A stretch of 64,000 nt of DNA from the NCBI RefSeq assembly GCF_024223415.1, contig NZ_CP100501.1. One strand, 5' to 3'. This document shows positions 18,868 through 31,250 of the stretch, one piece after another (position 1 is the stretch's first letter; the number at the start of each line of letters is the position of its first letter). Source of the stretch: Escherichia coli (GTDB taxonomy: Bacteria > Pseudomonadota > Gammaproteobacteria > Enterobacterales > Enterobacteriaceae). Under the pieces are notes generated by a model that was given only the letters and a program-made list of their open reading frames with translations, had not been told where the DNA came from and made no database searches. The position numbers were made by a program, and so were the translations under genes.

Positions 18868-19437
18868 TCAGTACTGCCGGTGGGTAATGGCCAGCCATGT
18901 GGCCTGTTTCCAGCCGTGCCGGGCCTGCAGGTAATCGGGGAAGGTGCCCTGTTCGTCCTCGCTGACCCGCCGTTCATTCAGCTGCCAGAGGCGGTATGAC
19001 GCAATCAGGGCTTTTGAGGCACACAGTGCTGCAATGGTGCTCATCAGTAACAGGCAGACCAGGATACGTATCAGGGTGATGACCGGCAGTGCGGTGGCCG
19101 CAAGGGCCATACCACACAGCAGAAGTACCGGTATCATCATCAGCCAGAATCCTGTCCGCCAGAACATCCTGCGACGTCGCAGACGCCGGTCCAGTTCGTC
19201 GACCGTCAGTCCGCTGGCCCTGACCGCTTCCTCCCAGGTCATACAGACCGGACTCTCCGGTTGCCGGTCGGGCATGAGGCGCTTCAGGCGCGTTTTATGC
19301 TGGTCCAGCATATGGCGGCAGCTGCGCAGCATCCAGCGGGTTTCTGCCAGTGGTGCGAACAGATTTATCCCTATATCACCGATGCGGCGGAGACGGGGGG
19401 CCGGTTTTTTTTCGTCGATGCTGTTGTCGTCTTTCAT
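18868..19437 (-). CDS. traX: TraX-like membrane protein
   Basis: 189-aa product with central hydrophobic segments; synteny traW-traX-traY. Confidence 0.6.
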   Translation of the reverse strand: MKDDNSIDEKKPAPRLRRIGDIGINLFAPLAETRWMLRSCRHMLDQHKTRLKRLMPDRQPESPVCMTWEEAVRASGLTVDELDRRLRRRRMFWRTGFWLMMIPVLLLCGMALAATALPVITLIRILVCLLLMSTIAALCASKALIASYRLWQLNERRVSEDEQGTFPDYLQARHGWKQATWLAITHRQY

Positions 19438-20639
19438 CTTACGCTCCCCTGGCTCATGGCCTGTGACAGTTCGCCAAGGCGCTGTCCGTAATACTGCCGT
19501 GCGGCCAGCGCAAGTTGCTGCCCGGCGATAACGTTACCCTGACGAATCTGCTCTTTCAGGTCGTTCATCTGCCAGTTCAGCAGGGCGGTGGTGCGCAGCA
19601 GTTCACGGAGAAGGTTATCGCCTTCCATGCCCTGCAGATCCTGCTGCCAGTCGGTGTTTGCATAGCGTCTGCCGGCTTCAAAGGCCTCAAACTCCCGCTG
19701 GCTCATGTGACCACGGGTGCGGGCCTCTGATGATGCGGTCCGGTCAAAATATGCCGCAGCGGATGGTGACTGCAGGGCTTCAGTCAGCGCTCCACGGGTG
19801 GCCTCATTAGGGGTGCTGTCAGCTATCAGTGACAGTTGCGGATGAGAGGCGGCATCGATGATGCCGTTGTATTCATTCTGCAGGCCCACATACGTGCGCC
19901 CGGTCTGTGTTCCCACTTCACCTTTCCCCGGGGCACGACCCGCTGACGGTCTGGCGGTGTTTTTCATGTAAGCCGTGGCAGCATCAATCTGTTTCTGATC
20001 CCAGGTGAGGGCGGCAGGGGTATCTGCTGTGCCTGCACCCTGATAGAGCGATCGCACCTGGCTGTCTCCGCCCGGCAGCTCGCCCACGGCAGGGCAGACA
20101 TCGGTTCCGCCAAAGCGGGCATATTCAGCTTCCGTGCAGTAACCGGCATGAATGCCTGCACTGTCATATGCCTCGCGGGTTGGTGAGTCTGCTGCCCGGG
20201 AGAGACGTTCACGGATGAGTTTACTGCTGACGCCTCCTCCCTGACTCAGACGTGCAGCCGCAGACGCTGCTGCACGGCGACTTTCAGCTGCAACTCCGGA
20301 GGCGGATTCACTGCAGATGGAGTCCGGCACGCTGAAGCTCTTCCGGGCTTCCTCAAGCCGGCGGGTTTCATTACTGAATATCATCTGCTGACGGGTGGCC
20401 TGCCCATCCTGTGCGATGACAGAGGCCAGCTTCTCTGAACTCTGGTTGATGGCTGTGCCGGTGGCTGTCTGCATACGGACCATCTCTGCCATCACGCCCT
20501 GAATGGCGGCCAGCTCCGGCATGATTTGTGTGGTGACAGGCTGGCTGGCCACTACGGTCACAGAATAGGCGTGGGTGGACGGGATAACCGCACAGCCTAC
20601 CAGGAGTGCAAGCAGTGTGGTTGCTGGTTGTCTTTGCAT
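19434..20639 (-). CDS. traW: TraW-like protein with N-terminal signal sequence (start taken at MQRQPATTLLALLVGCAV...)
   Basis: ORF track extends to 20744 via an upstream alternative start; the internal ATG gives 401 aa with a signal-peptide-like N-terminus. Confidence 0.6.
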   Translation of the reverse strand: MQRQPATTLLALLVGCAVIPSTHAYSVTVVASQPVTTQIMPELAAIQGVMAEMVRMQTATGTAINQSSEKLASVIAQDGQATRQQMIFSNETRRLEEARKSFSVPDSICSESASGVAAESRRAAASAAARLSQGGGVSSKLIRERLSRAADSPTREAYDSAGIHAGYCTEAEYARFGGTDVCPAVGELPGGDSQVRSLYQGAGTADTPAALTWDQKQIDAATAYMKNTARPSAGRAPGKGEVGTQTGRTYVGLQNEYNGIIDAASHPQLSLIADSTPNEATRGALTEALQSPSAAAYFDRTASSEARTRGHMSQREFEAFEAGRRYANTDWQQDLQGMEGDNLLRELLRTTALLNWQMNDLKEQIRQGNVIAGQQLALAARQYYGQRLGELSQAMSQGSVR

Positions 20640-21217
20640 TCTTTTTTCTCCGTTTTCAGGGGATACAGGATGTCTGGTACGCGGTGACTGTGTGATTCCG
20701 GCAGCGGAGCCAGCGGGAAACACTGGAAGCGGCGCGTGATCCATCCCTGACGGTTACGGTTATCGATGAGCGTGAAGGTACGACGCTTCACGCGTTTCAG
20801 TGTCGGGGTGTCGCTTTCCATGACCGGCCAGTCTCCGGCTGTGAGTGCCGGTGTGCCGGGGACATCCGGCCACAGCCAGGTGTTGTCAGACATCAGCGCC
20901 GTGAGAGGCGAGGGCAGAAGCCAGTGAATGACATGCTGTATATCAAAAGGCGGTCGCTCCGGCACGTTAACCTGCCAGGTGGCCGTTGTTATCAGCGTGC
21001 CTGTCTCTCCGGGCAGGGCCAGGCGAATACCACTCATCTCCCCGTCAGCCCGTCTGTCACTGGCAAAAATGACCCGGGGATTGGGGGACGGTCGCAGTGT
21101 GAAGCAGGCGGACGGCAGGGTGAAGCTGAAACTGTCACCGTCCACGCGCAGCGTTTTCAGGAAGACCTGTCCCCGTGCAGGACGCCGGCAGCGGGGAGTG
21201 ATGTGTATGCTGTACAT
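20597..21217 (-). CDS. traV: TraV-like protein
   Basis: 206-aa ORF between traU and traW; start codon uncertain. Confidence 0.5.
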   Translation of the reverse strand: MYSIHITPRCRRPARGQVFLKTLRVDGDSFSFTLPSACFTLRPSPNPRVIFASDRRADGEMSGIRLALPGETGTLITTATWQVNVPERPPFDIQHVIHWLLPSPLTALMSDNTWLWPDVPGTPALTAGDWPVMESDTPTLKRVKRRTFTLIDNRNRQGWITRRFQCFPLAPLPESHSHRVPDILYPLKTEKKECKDNQQPHCLHSW

Positions 21218-24200
21218 CAGAGGTGATATCCCTGCTTACGGATGAGTTCCGCAGCCAGATCATGGATGACGTTTTCACTGTCATGTGTACGGGCGCGGTG
21301 TTCTATCAGTGAGGTGGCTGAACCACGGGGAAAGTTTTCTGCCAGGATCTGGCGTGCCCGCAGTGACCCGAGCTCCTGCGTCAGCGCACGTCTCAGGGCG
21401 CTGTCTTTGGGTGAGGAATTCAGAGCCCACAGCTCCAGTGGACCGAGAGTGAATTTCAGGATCCGGGCCAGCGTACCGTTTTTTACACGGAACACAGCCA
21501 GTACCGGGACACCGCTGCCATCCGGTGCAGCCCCTTCCGGCATTTTCAGAAAGCGCCGCAGGGTGACTTCAGGGACACCAAAATTATCCCGCAGAAACGG
21601 AATTTCGTCAGGGCGGTAACGCAGCAACCAGAGGGTGTTGGCGGATTTGAGAACTGCCGGTGGATAGTCCTGCAGTAGCTGGGTGCTCAGCACTGTGCGT
21701 ATCCCGAACTTACGCTGCTCCAGCTCCTGGGTGTCCAGGGCTTCCCAGATGAAGTTGATCCCTTTTGCATTGTGCAGTTCGTCATAGACTTTGGTCTTGA
21801 CCTCCTGATCAAGCTGTTCAATGCGGCGGAAAATCACCTCATGGTAGCGTGGGTCGAGATTTTTCCGTATTTCCTCCTGATACTGCGGCAGGACAAAATC
21901 CCCGCCGGCGATTTGTCCTGCCAGCAGGTACATGATGCCGGTGCGCAGACGCCCGGCAGGTGTCTTGTCACCGGCCACATTGTTCAGATCAACGGCCACA
22001 ACGCGGGTGTCGGGGCTGAGCATAAACCGGGTACAGCCGGACATCATCGGGTAGTCACTGTGTCCCTGATCGAGGGCACGGCGGATGTAGTCCAGTAACA
22101 ATTCTGCTGAGTTATCGCGCTGAACTGTGCCGAACACATCCCGGATGGATGGCTGTCCCAGCAGGGCGGACATTTCAGCCAGCAGGGGCATGGCCTGGTA
22201 GTGTGCCCGCTGGGCTGCGGGGATATTGCCAGCCATATGCAGCATGTCCCTGATTTCAAACCAGGTGGCAGCATTCCACCATCCAGAGTCATGTTGTTCT
22301 GCGATGCCACTCTCTTCCAGGGCGAGATCCACAAGGGGCTCTGTTCCTGCACGGTACAGTCTGGGGTTGTTTTCGCCATACTCCCTGAAGGCCAGATCCA
22401 CCAGGTTGCTTATGATTTGCCGGGTGTCACCGGGATTACAGGGCTGACCGGTGCCGGTATCCACGCACAGTGCGCAGAGTACAGATACCATGAAGTTCTT
22501 TTCCGGGGTGGCGGGTTTTTTAGCACCGTACATCACATCAAACAGGTTACGGGTGTGTTCCGGATCATTGCTCAGAATGATCCCCACGGCTTCGTCCTTT
22601 CTCTGCTCCGGCAGGCTGTCACGGATAAGCTGTACCAGTCCCTGTGCACTGAATCCCTTGTCGATATAGGCAATGAAAGGCAGGTTCTTCTGGGCTGAGG
22701 CTATCTGGATCTCCGACAGTGCGTTGATGAGTACCGATTTGCCCAGACCGGGTGCGCCGGGCGTCAGTTCCGTGTGCTTGTTCTGTTGTGACGATGCCAG
22801 TGCGACCTCCCATGCAGAGCCGTCCTCGGTGTGCATCATCAGATTTCCCTGTCCCCGCCAGACAGAGCCTGCCCTGTTCAGGGGAAACAGGGAAAGGGCG
22901 TGTGAAAGGGGCGGGTAAAGGGGGATCGGGCCGGAGCTGTGGGAGGCTGCCAGAACCGTGTTCACCCAGGCACGTCTCGGATCACCGAAGGTGGTGGTGG
23001 TGCCGCATACCCCCCAGCCTTCCAGCGCAGATTTCAGGAGAGCCTGGTTACGGGTACAGACTTCCCGGCTGTTTCCCCATGTGGTGGCAACAATGGTCAT
23101 GATACAGACCGGATCATGTTTGTTGATGTCATTCAGCATCATCACCGAGTCATACATGGGCCGGAGAGGGGAAATAAAGCTGCTGTAGGTTAGCAGGGTT
23201 TTCTTGACCCCAAGCGCCTTCATGCCGCCGGGTATCAGATCCATCCGGATACGCCAGGGGATTGCGCGGGGCACATCCCTGACCAGCTGGTTGAATGTCC
23301 GCAGATTCTGGGGTGGCAGGGTAATGGCGACCATACCGTGCCAGAGGTCACCGGCCTTTATCAGGCTGCCGTGTGTTTCAGGCTGTGTGGTGAATAACTG
23401 CAGATTCAGCGACGGTGCGTGGAATACAGAGGTATCCTCGCCCTGTCGCCAGCCGGCAGGACGGGCATCTTCAGGCAGATGAGGCTGCCATACTGCAGGT
23501 GTGCTGTTGCGCTCCAGTTGACGGCGGATTTCCCGTCCCACTTCATGAATATCCATCAGGCGAACCAGCAGACCATCAGAATCATGTGTCAGGGCCTGCT
23601 CCAGCGTGTCCAGAAAGGCGTCATGCCGTATTTTGAGTGCGGAAAGTGTCCAGCGCCATGGATCCTGCGCAAATCGGGCTGGCGGAGCGTGTTCAGCGAG
23701 TTTCCTGATACGGGTCTGGTGGTCCTTGCGATCGGTCCGGCTCAGCAGTTCTTCAGAGCTCCAGACGGTCAGCCAGCAGCGTTCCCGGACAAGCCAGGGG
23801 GTGAGCGTGGTGACTTTTTCATCCAGAACGTCCTGAAGCAGGATCCCCGTACGTGCGATGGATTTTCGCTGGGGTAAGAGCATGGCTTCGATTTCATCCC
23901 TTCCACGCTCCGGATCGCGTTCGAAAACAAAACTGATTTTGTGACCGGTGTTTTTATAGGCAGTGTTCATTCGCTCTGCCAGCGCTGTAATCAGTGATTC
24001 CAGTGTGCCGGGGGCTGTCAGGTCCGGGTTTTCATCCATTTCTTTCAGGGCACCGCTGATTTCAAAGACGGAAAGGTAATACCCCTGTTTTGTGGTGGCA
24101 ATGTAGGGGGCTTTCAGCCAGGGGCGGCGTTCGCGGTCCTGTTGGTCCAGACCGATGACGGTGTGCAGATCACAGTAATCGGGGAAGAATGCGGAAACGG

Positions 24201-24273
24201 AATACCGTGACAGGGTACTGATACAGTCTTCAATGGCAAAAATAATGCGGTTGATATTCATGGCATGGAGCAC
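21217..24273 (-). CDS. traU: TraU, DotO/IcmB-like type IVB ATPase
   Basis: 1018-aa product with Walker A-like GAPGLGKS; size and position match recalled R64 TraU. Confidence 0.8.
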   Translation of the reverse strand: MLHAMNINRIIFAIEDCISTLSRYSVSAFFPDYCDLHTVIGLDQQDRERRPWLKAPYIATTKQGYYLSVFEISGALKEMDENPDLTAPGTLESLITALAERMNTAYKNTGHKISFVFERDPERGRDEIEAMLLPQRKSIARTGILLQDVLDEKVTTLTPWLVRERCWLTVWSSEELLSRTDRKDHQTRIRKLAEHAPPARFAQDPWRWTLSALKIRHDAFLDTLEQALTHDSDGLLVRLMDIHEVGREIRRQLERNSTPAVWQPHLPEDARPAGWRQGEDTSVFHAPSLNLQLFTTQPETHGSLIKAGDLWHGMVAITLPPQNLRTFNQLVRDVPRAIPWRIRMDLIPGGMKALGVKKTLLTYSSFISPLRPMYDSVMMLNDINKHDPVCIMTIVATTWGNSREVCTRNQALLKSALEGWGVCGTTTTFGDPRRAWVNTVLAASHSSGPIPLYPPLSHALSLFPLNRAGSVWRGQGNLMMHTEDGSAWEVALASSQQNKHTELTPGAPGLGKSVLINALSEIQIASAQKNLPFIAYIDKGFSAQGLVQLIRDSLPEQRKDEAVGIILSNDPEHTRNLFDVMYGAKKPATPEKNFMVSVLCALCVDTGTGQPCNPGDTRQIISNLVDLAFREYGENNPRLYRAGTEPLVDLALEESGIAEQHDSGWWNAATWFEIRDMLHMAGNIPAAQRAHYQAMPLLAEMSALLGQPSIRDVFGTVQRDNSAELLLDYIRRALDQGHSDYPMMSGCTRFMLSPDTRVVAVDLNNVAGDKTPAGRLRTGIMYLLAGQIAGGDFVLPQYQEEIRKNLDPRYHEVIFRRIEQLDQEVKTKVYDELHNAKGINFIWEALDTQELEQRKFGIRTVLSTQLLQDYPPAVLKSANTLWLLRYRPDEIPFLRDNFGVPEVTLRRFLKMPEGAAPDGSGVPVLAVFRVKNGTLARILKFTLGPLELWALNSSPKDSALRRALTQELGSLRARQILAENFPRGSATSLIEHRARTHDSENVIHDLAAELIRKQGYHL

Positions 24274-24564
24274 TCCGGTAAGGATGAATCATCACTGTCT
24301 GATATTTTTTGATGCCACAGCAGGGGATGTGGCATGAAAAAACAGCAGAGGAAATAAATAATCTGTTGAGGGACAGGTGCGTATTTCTGTGTGATTACAG
24401 TAAATAATAAAAATGTAATAAGGTGGAAACACGCTGTCAGCTTAGTGAATTTACAGGCGGATAAGTGATTTTATTAATATGTACAACAATAGATTTTCTT
24501 CTTTTATTTTGTATAAATACCGGTGGGACATAAAAGAAACGGAGACTGCAGAGACAGAGATGAA

Positions 24565-24596
24565 GGGGTTCTACGCCGGAACCGCCGAAATTTCCG

Positions 24597-24602
<6 letters not shown>
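24565..24602 (+). repeat. Tn3-family terminal inverted repeat (tnpA-proximal end)
   Basis: Begins GGGG; tnpA stop codon lies inside it. Confidence 0.8.
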
Positions 24603-27027
<2,425 letters not shown>

Positions 27028-27118
27028 TTTTATAATCCGCCTATTTATTAGGCTGACGTTGTCTCATATAACTGGTACGATATCAATCTCTTTTATCCCC
27101 CCTTAAACGTACATTAAT
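27028..27118. promoter_or_regulatory. putative res/divergent promoter region between tnpA and tnpR
   Basis: Position only (intergenic between divergent tnpA and tnpR, as in Tn3/Tn5393-type elements); subsites not resolved by eye. Confidence 0.35.
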
Positions 27119-27694
27119 ATGACTGGAATCAAGATTGGCTATGCTCGTTGCTCCACAGACCAACAAGACCTAACTGCCCAGATAGATGCGCTGATAAATC
27201 TAGGCATTTCCACTGACAGGATCTATACAGACAAAGGACTGACTGGTTCAAACCGACAGAGGCCGGGCCTAGAACAGGCGCTTGCAGCGGTTCGAGAGGG
27301 AGATACGCTAGTTGTTCCAAAACTAGATCGTTTAGCCCGTTCAGTACCTGATGCAAGAGGTATTGCTGATATCCTACAAGCTCGAGGAGCGAAACTCGCT
27401 CTAGGGGACAGTATCTATGATCCAACAGACCCGATGGGGAAAATGTTCTTCAATATTCTTGCTACTTTTGCAGAGTTTGAAGGAGACCTTATTCGACTAC
27501 GAACTAAAGAGGGGATGGCTGTTGCCCGTTCAAAGGGAAAATTGAAAGGAAAACAGCCTAAATTATCTGAAAAACAACAAAAAGAACTATGCCGTATGCG
27601 TGATACTGGCCAGTACTCTATCAGCGATCTAGCGGAACTATTTACCGTCTCGCGTGCAACGGTTTATCGAACACTTTCACGAGGACAAAAATGA
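27119..27694 (+). CDS. tnpR: serine recombinase/resolvase TnpR
   Basis: 191-aa product with N-terminal catalytic region IGYARCSTDQQDL and C-terminal HTH (ATVYRTLS). Confidence 0.85.
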   Translation: MTGIKIGYARCSTDQQDLTAQIDALINLGISTDRIYTDKGLTGSNRQRPGLEQALAAVREGDTLVVPKLDRLARSVPDARGIADILQARGAKLALGDSIYDPTDPMGKMFFNILATFAEFEGDLIRLRTKEGMAVARSKGKLKGKQPKLSEKQQKELCRMRDTGQYSISDLAELFTVSRATVYRTLSRGQK

Positions 27695-27905
27695 CCGATT
27701 TAACTACACAGCAACATCTAGTAAAAATTGTCCATGATTATGCCTGCCCTCAAAAGGGTCATGGACAGTCCATCAAAGGTTCAAATGGATTACATCTGCA
27801 TTCAATACCCAGATTACTTCCGCTTTGCTAAATGGATAGAACGGTTGGCGTAGGGTATTGTTGATGGTGTAATTAAAGTTCCTAAAGATCATTAAAATAT
27901 CAGAT

Positions 27906-27936
27906 CGGAAATTTAGGCGGTTCCGGCGTAGAACCC
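27906..27936 (-). repeat. internal third copy of the Tn3-family terminal repeat (one mismatch), same orientation as the 30024 end
   Basis: CGGAAATTTAGGCGGTTCCGGCGTAGAACCC on the plus strand, followed by a partial AGAACCCC duplication. Confidence 0.7.
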
Positions 27937-27953
27937 AGAACCCCTTATCCGAA

Positions 27954-28817
27954 TTATTGTTCAGTTAACTTCATTTCGACAAGTAAAGGTAAATGATCTG
28001 AGACAGATGCATATGGCTTACTTTCAGGGGTCGCTCTATCTGACGGTTTAGGAATATATACATCTTTAATGTCCCATTTTTGAGCATTTGATGTAAGTAT
28101 ATAATCAATTTTCCTGTCTGGATTCCATGATGGTGCCGTGTACTTCAATTCCTTATCAGTGTCATTGAACCATGCTGTTAAATCCAAGTACTCTGTTGAT
28201 TGAGGTGGTAAATTAAGATCACCCACTATAATTGGAAGTGCATTTTTAAACTGCCAAGAAGAGAATTTTGTTTGAAGAGTTCTTACTTGCTCTGCTCGTA
28301 ATGGCTGCGTAGTGAAGTCCAAATGAGTAGTTACTAACATAACAGGCGCAGGATAATTAGGGACATCAACTTCTACAGCACAGGCCGCTCTTTGCTCCGC
28401 ACCTTTGATGTTAGGTAGTTCCATCCTTTTACTCAATTTCAAATCATACTTAGACAGTACTGCTGTACCATATTCCCCACCATCATGATCTATAGCCTTG
28501 CAGAAGTAATAATTCATTCCCAACTTATTAGCTATATACTCTGCTTGATTGACTGGGTTAGAACCCTCTTTACTAAAGTTCTTACCAGAACGCCTAGTCA
28601 TGTTATCAACTTCTTGCAGTCCAATAATATCAACATTCATTTTACGAATTGCTTCTACAATGGCATCAGTACTCCCCATTCTAGAGGCCATTATGTTATA
28701 TGACCCAACACGAATACTATCGGTATCTGCTGGACCATCCATGAGGCGATCAGAAGCTAAAGTTGAAGAGGAAAGAACTATAAACCCTATAACCGCAGCA
28801 ATGCTTGTTAATTTCAT
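27954..28817 (-). CDS. secreted endonuclease/exonuclease/phosphatase (EEP) family protein, low-GC cargo gene
   Basis: Signal peptide MKLTSIAAVIGFIVLSSSTLA; EEP-like motifs VGSYNIM near the N-terminus and SDHLPL near the C-terminus; composition much more AT-rich than the tra genes. Confidence 0.7.
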   Translation of the reverse strand: MKLTSIAAVIGFIVLSSSTLASDRLMDGPADTDSIRVGSYNIMASRMGSTDAIVEAIRKMNVDIIGLQEVDNMTRRSGKNFSKEGSNPVNQAEYIANKLGMNYYFCKAIDHDGGEYGTAVLSKYDLKLSKRMELPNIKGAEQRAACAVEVDVPNYPAPVMLVTTHLDFTTQPLRAEQVRTLQTKFSSWQFKNALPIIVGDLNLPPQSTEYLDLTAWFNDTDKELKYTAPSWNPDRKIDYILTSNAQKWDIKDVYIPKPSDRATPESKPYASVSDHLPLLVEMKLTEQ

Positions 28818-28818
28818 T

Positions 28819-29149
28819 TGGATTTGCCCCTATATTTCCAGATACCTGTTATCACTTAACCCATTACTGGCTTGCTGCCGTAGATATTCCCGTGGCGAGC
28901 GATAACCCAGTGCACTATGCGGATGCCATTCGTTATAATGCTCGAACGCCTCTGCAAGGTTCTTTGCTGCCGTTAACCCGTCTGGTTTGGGCATGACACT
29001 GATGTAGTCACGCTTTATCGTTTTCACGAAGCTCTCTGCTATGCCGTTACTCTCCGGACTCCGCACCGCCGTGCTCTTCGGTTCAAGCCCCAACATCCGG
29101 GCAAACTGCCGTGTTTCATTAGCCCGGTAGCATGAACCATTATCCGTCA
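28819..29149 (-). mobile_element. IS2 remnant (one end and the 3-prime part of insD), fused to IS1
   Basis: TGGATTTGCCCCTATATTTCCAGA terminal sequence at 28819; interior near-identical to 2294..2620 of the complete copy; ends 1 bp from the EEP gene start codon. Confidence 0.85.
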
Positions 29150-29444
29150 TCCATATCACCACGTCAAAGGGTGACAGCAGGCTCATAAGACGCCCCAGCG
29201 TCGCCATAGTGCGTTCACCGAATACGTGCGCAACAACCGTCTTCCGGAGCCTGTCATACGCGTAAAACAGCCAGCGCTGGCGCGATTTAGCCCCGACATA
29301 GCCCCACTGTTCGTCCATTTCCGCGCAGACGATGACGTCACTGCCCGGCTGTATGCGCGAGGTTACCGACTGCGGCCTGAGTTTTTTAAGTGACGTAAAA
29401 TCGTGTTGAGGCCAACGCCCATAATGCGGGCTGTTGCCCGGCAT
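28830..29444 (-). pseudogene. chimeric reading frame: IS1 InsB N-terminal part fused in frame to IS2 InsD C-terminal part
   Basis: Product begins [21 protein letters not shown]...VVIWMTD (IS1 InsB) and continues [22 protein letters not shown]... (IS2 InsD). Confidence 0.8.
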
Positions 29445-29693
29445 CCAACGCCATTCATGGCCATATCAATGATTTTCTGGTGCGTACCGGGTTGAGAAGC
29501 GGTGTAAGTGAACTGCAGTTGCCATGTTTTACGGCAGTGAGAGCAGAGATAGCGCTGATGTCCGGCGGTGCTTTTGCCGTTACGCACCACCCCGTCAGTA
29601 GCTGAACAGGAGGGACAGCTGATAGAAACAGAAGCCACTGGAGCACCTCAAAAACACCATCATACACTAAATCAGTAAGTTGGCAGCATCACC
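29150..29693 (-). mobile_element. IS1 remnant (left end, insA and the 5-prime part of insB)
   Basis: IS1 terminal repeat GGTGATGCTGCCAACTTACTGATTTAGTGTATGATGGTG (reverse complement) ending at 29693; insA intact; junction with IS2 at a shared CCGTCA. Confidence 0.85.
29363..29638 (-). CDS. insA: IS1 InsA
   Basis: 91-aa product [43 protein letters not shown]... recognised as IS1 InsA. Confidence 0.85.
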
Positions 29694-29985
29694 CGCGAAT
29701 TATTAAATAAATACCATGGGCTCTCTCGTATTAGCCAAAAATTAAGGCAAAAAGGCTCGAGACCTTAGTAATAGAACAAGAGCTTGAAGATACCGATGTC
29801 AATTGGTTTGAGACGTGCCTTAAAGCAAAAGAAAAAAAGTTTGGCAGCAGCTTCCCCCAAAATCAGAGTTAGAAAACAAAGATGATTCGTGACCTTCTAT
29901 ATTAAGGTCACTCGTTATCAATGATATTAGAGTGCATAAGCAAATAGAAAGAACATACCAGTCAATTACTTATACTTTCTTTGAC

Positions 29986-30435
29986 TCAATGTCGGAAATT
30001 TCGGCGGTTCCGGCGTAGAACCCCATGAAGTTGTTTTCTCCGTTTCCTTAATGAAAATTCAGCCAGAGGCGCAGCAGGATGATTATGTAGTGCACTTAAT
30101 GCCCTGTTGAACTGAAGTATTCCGGCAATATCCATCCATGAGAGATATTTATCGACGCTCACTGTGACGGTGATGCAGTCATGGGTACGGGATTTTTCAT
30201 GAATTTCTGCAGCCAGAAAGAGCAGCCAGCCGCCGTTAAATGCCGGGTGGCGGAGAATGAACCGGGCAATCTCTTTTTCAACTCCATCAGGCGGAATATC
30301 GTCCGTCAGTGTCCGGATAATAAAGTGCCGGAATGCATCAGCGGTGAACTGATATGCGGCAGAGAGGGTATCCATTTTTGTTCCTCTGTAAGTTGAGAGG
30401 GCCGGCAGAACGTCACCGGCACCGGTGTGTGTCAC
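29986..30435 (-). pseudogene. transfer-region gene (traS/traT-like position) whose 3-prime end is replaced by the transposon terminus
   Basis: The last 13 codons are encoded by the transposon terminal repeat; start overlaps the upstream ORF stop (ATGA); naming within traS/traT is uncertain. Confidence 0.5.
29987..30024 (-). repeat. Tn3-family terminal inverted repeat (cargo-side end)
   Basis: Exact reverse complement of the repeat at 24565; followed by the ATGAA duplication. Confidence 0.8.
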
Positions 30436-31250
30436 ATGACGTACTTTTTGTCAGGAAACGAATCCGGCAGCAGGATAAGCGCCACACCGTCCATTTTCTC
30501 CCGCAACATTTGACGCTGTGCCGGCGGCCAGCGGCGCAGTGCATCAGCAAAATCCGCCGGACGCCAGGTGCGAAATTTCTCCTCAACGGCCAGGCGGTTC
30601 TGTACCAGGGCATTCAGTACGGCCCGTCCCTGTCTGACTCGCTTACGCTCATCGCTGAAAATTTCCTTCAGTGCCCGTGCATTGAGAGCAACTACCGAGG
30701 CCGGATGCAAATCAGGGAGCCAGACCATCACCCCCTGTGCGGCAGCGTAGCCGTTCAGGCAGTGCCAGGCGTGGCAGAAGGCACAGAGATGAAAGGGCGG
30801 GCCTTCCGGCTGCAGCAGTTCACTTTCATTTTCGCTGAGTGCATCTGTTGTGACGATTTGTGACTTTTCCACATGACGCAGGGCCAGTCGCCTGGCCGAC
30901 AGGCGGGCCTGTGCCAGGGACCGCTCCGCATCCTGCAGGGTTCGGGTGTGTTTCTTTTTTTCGTCAGCGTTTTCCGGTACCGGATGTTTTTTCAGGCGCA
31001 TCACCCGGGTGAGGTTTTTTTCCAGCAGGACGACCGTATCCCGGCAGGTGTCAGCCATCTGCTGTAATGGCCATGAATCCTCCAGAATGAAGCGGTGAGT
31101 GACGGTCCTGCGACAGCAGGGACAGCGTCCGGGTGTTGAGAGCACGGGTGGTGGCAGCAGGGATTCACCGCTGAATACCGTGTCCGGTTGCGGGAGCGGG
31201 AAAAGCCAGCGTTCCCGGGCCGGGGCGATGAGTGGCGGTGTTTTGTTCAT
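30432..31250 (-). CDS. hypothetical transfer-region protein (traS/traT-like position)
   Basis: 272-aa ORF between traR and the disrupted gene; cysteine cluster CPCC and a CxxC-like pair near the N-terminus; start uncertain. Confidence 0.45.
   Translation of the reverse strand: MNKTPPLIAPARERWLFPLPQPDTVFSGESLLPPPVLSTPGRCPCCRRTVTHRFILEDSWPLQQMADTCRDTVVLLEKNLTRVMRLKKHPVPENADEKKKHTRTLQDAERSLAQARLSARRLALRHVEKSQIVTTDALSENESELLQPEGPPFHLCAFCHAWHCLNGYAAAQGVMVWLPDLHPASVVALNARALKEIFSDERKRVRQGRAVLNALVQNRLAVEEKFRTWRPADFADALRRWPPAQRQMLREKMDGVALILLPDSFPDKKYVM

Noticed and set aside
21242-24000. Numerous 70 to 165-aa ORFs on the plus strand within traU
   Set aside because: All are nested antisense or alternative-frame ORFs within the 1018-aa ATPase gene; none has start signals or recognisable motifs.
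28485-28905. Plus-strand ORFs of 72 and 118 aa overlapping the EEP-family gene
   Set aside because: Antisense to a CDS with clear signal peptide and domain motifs; AT-rich sequence generates spurious ORFs.
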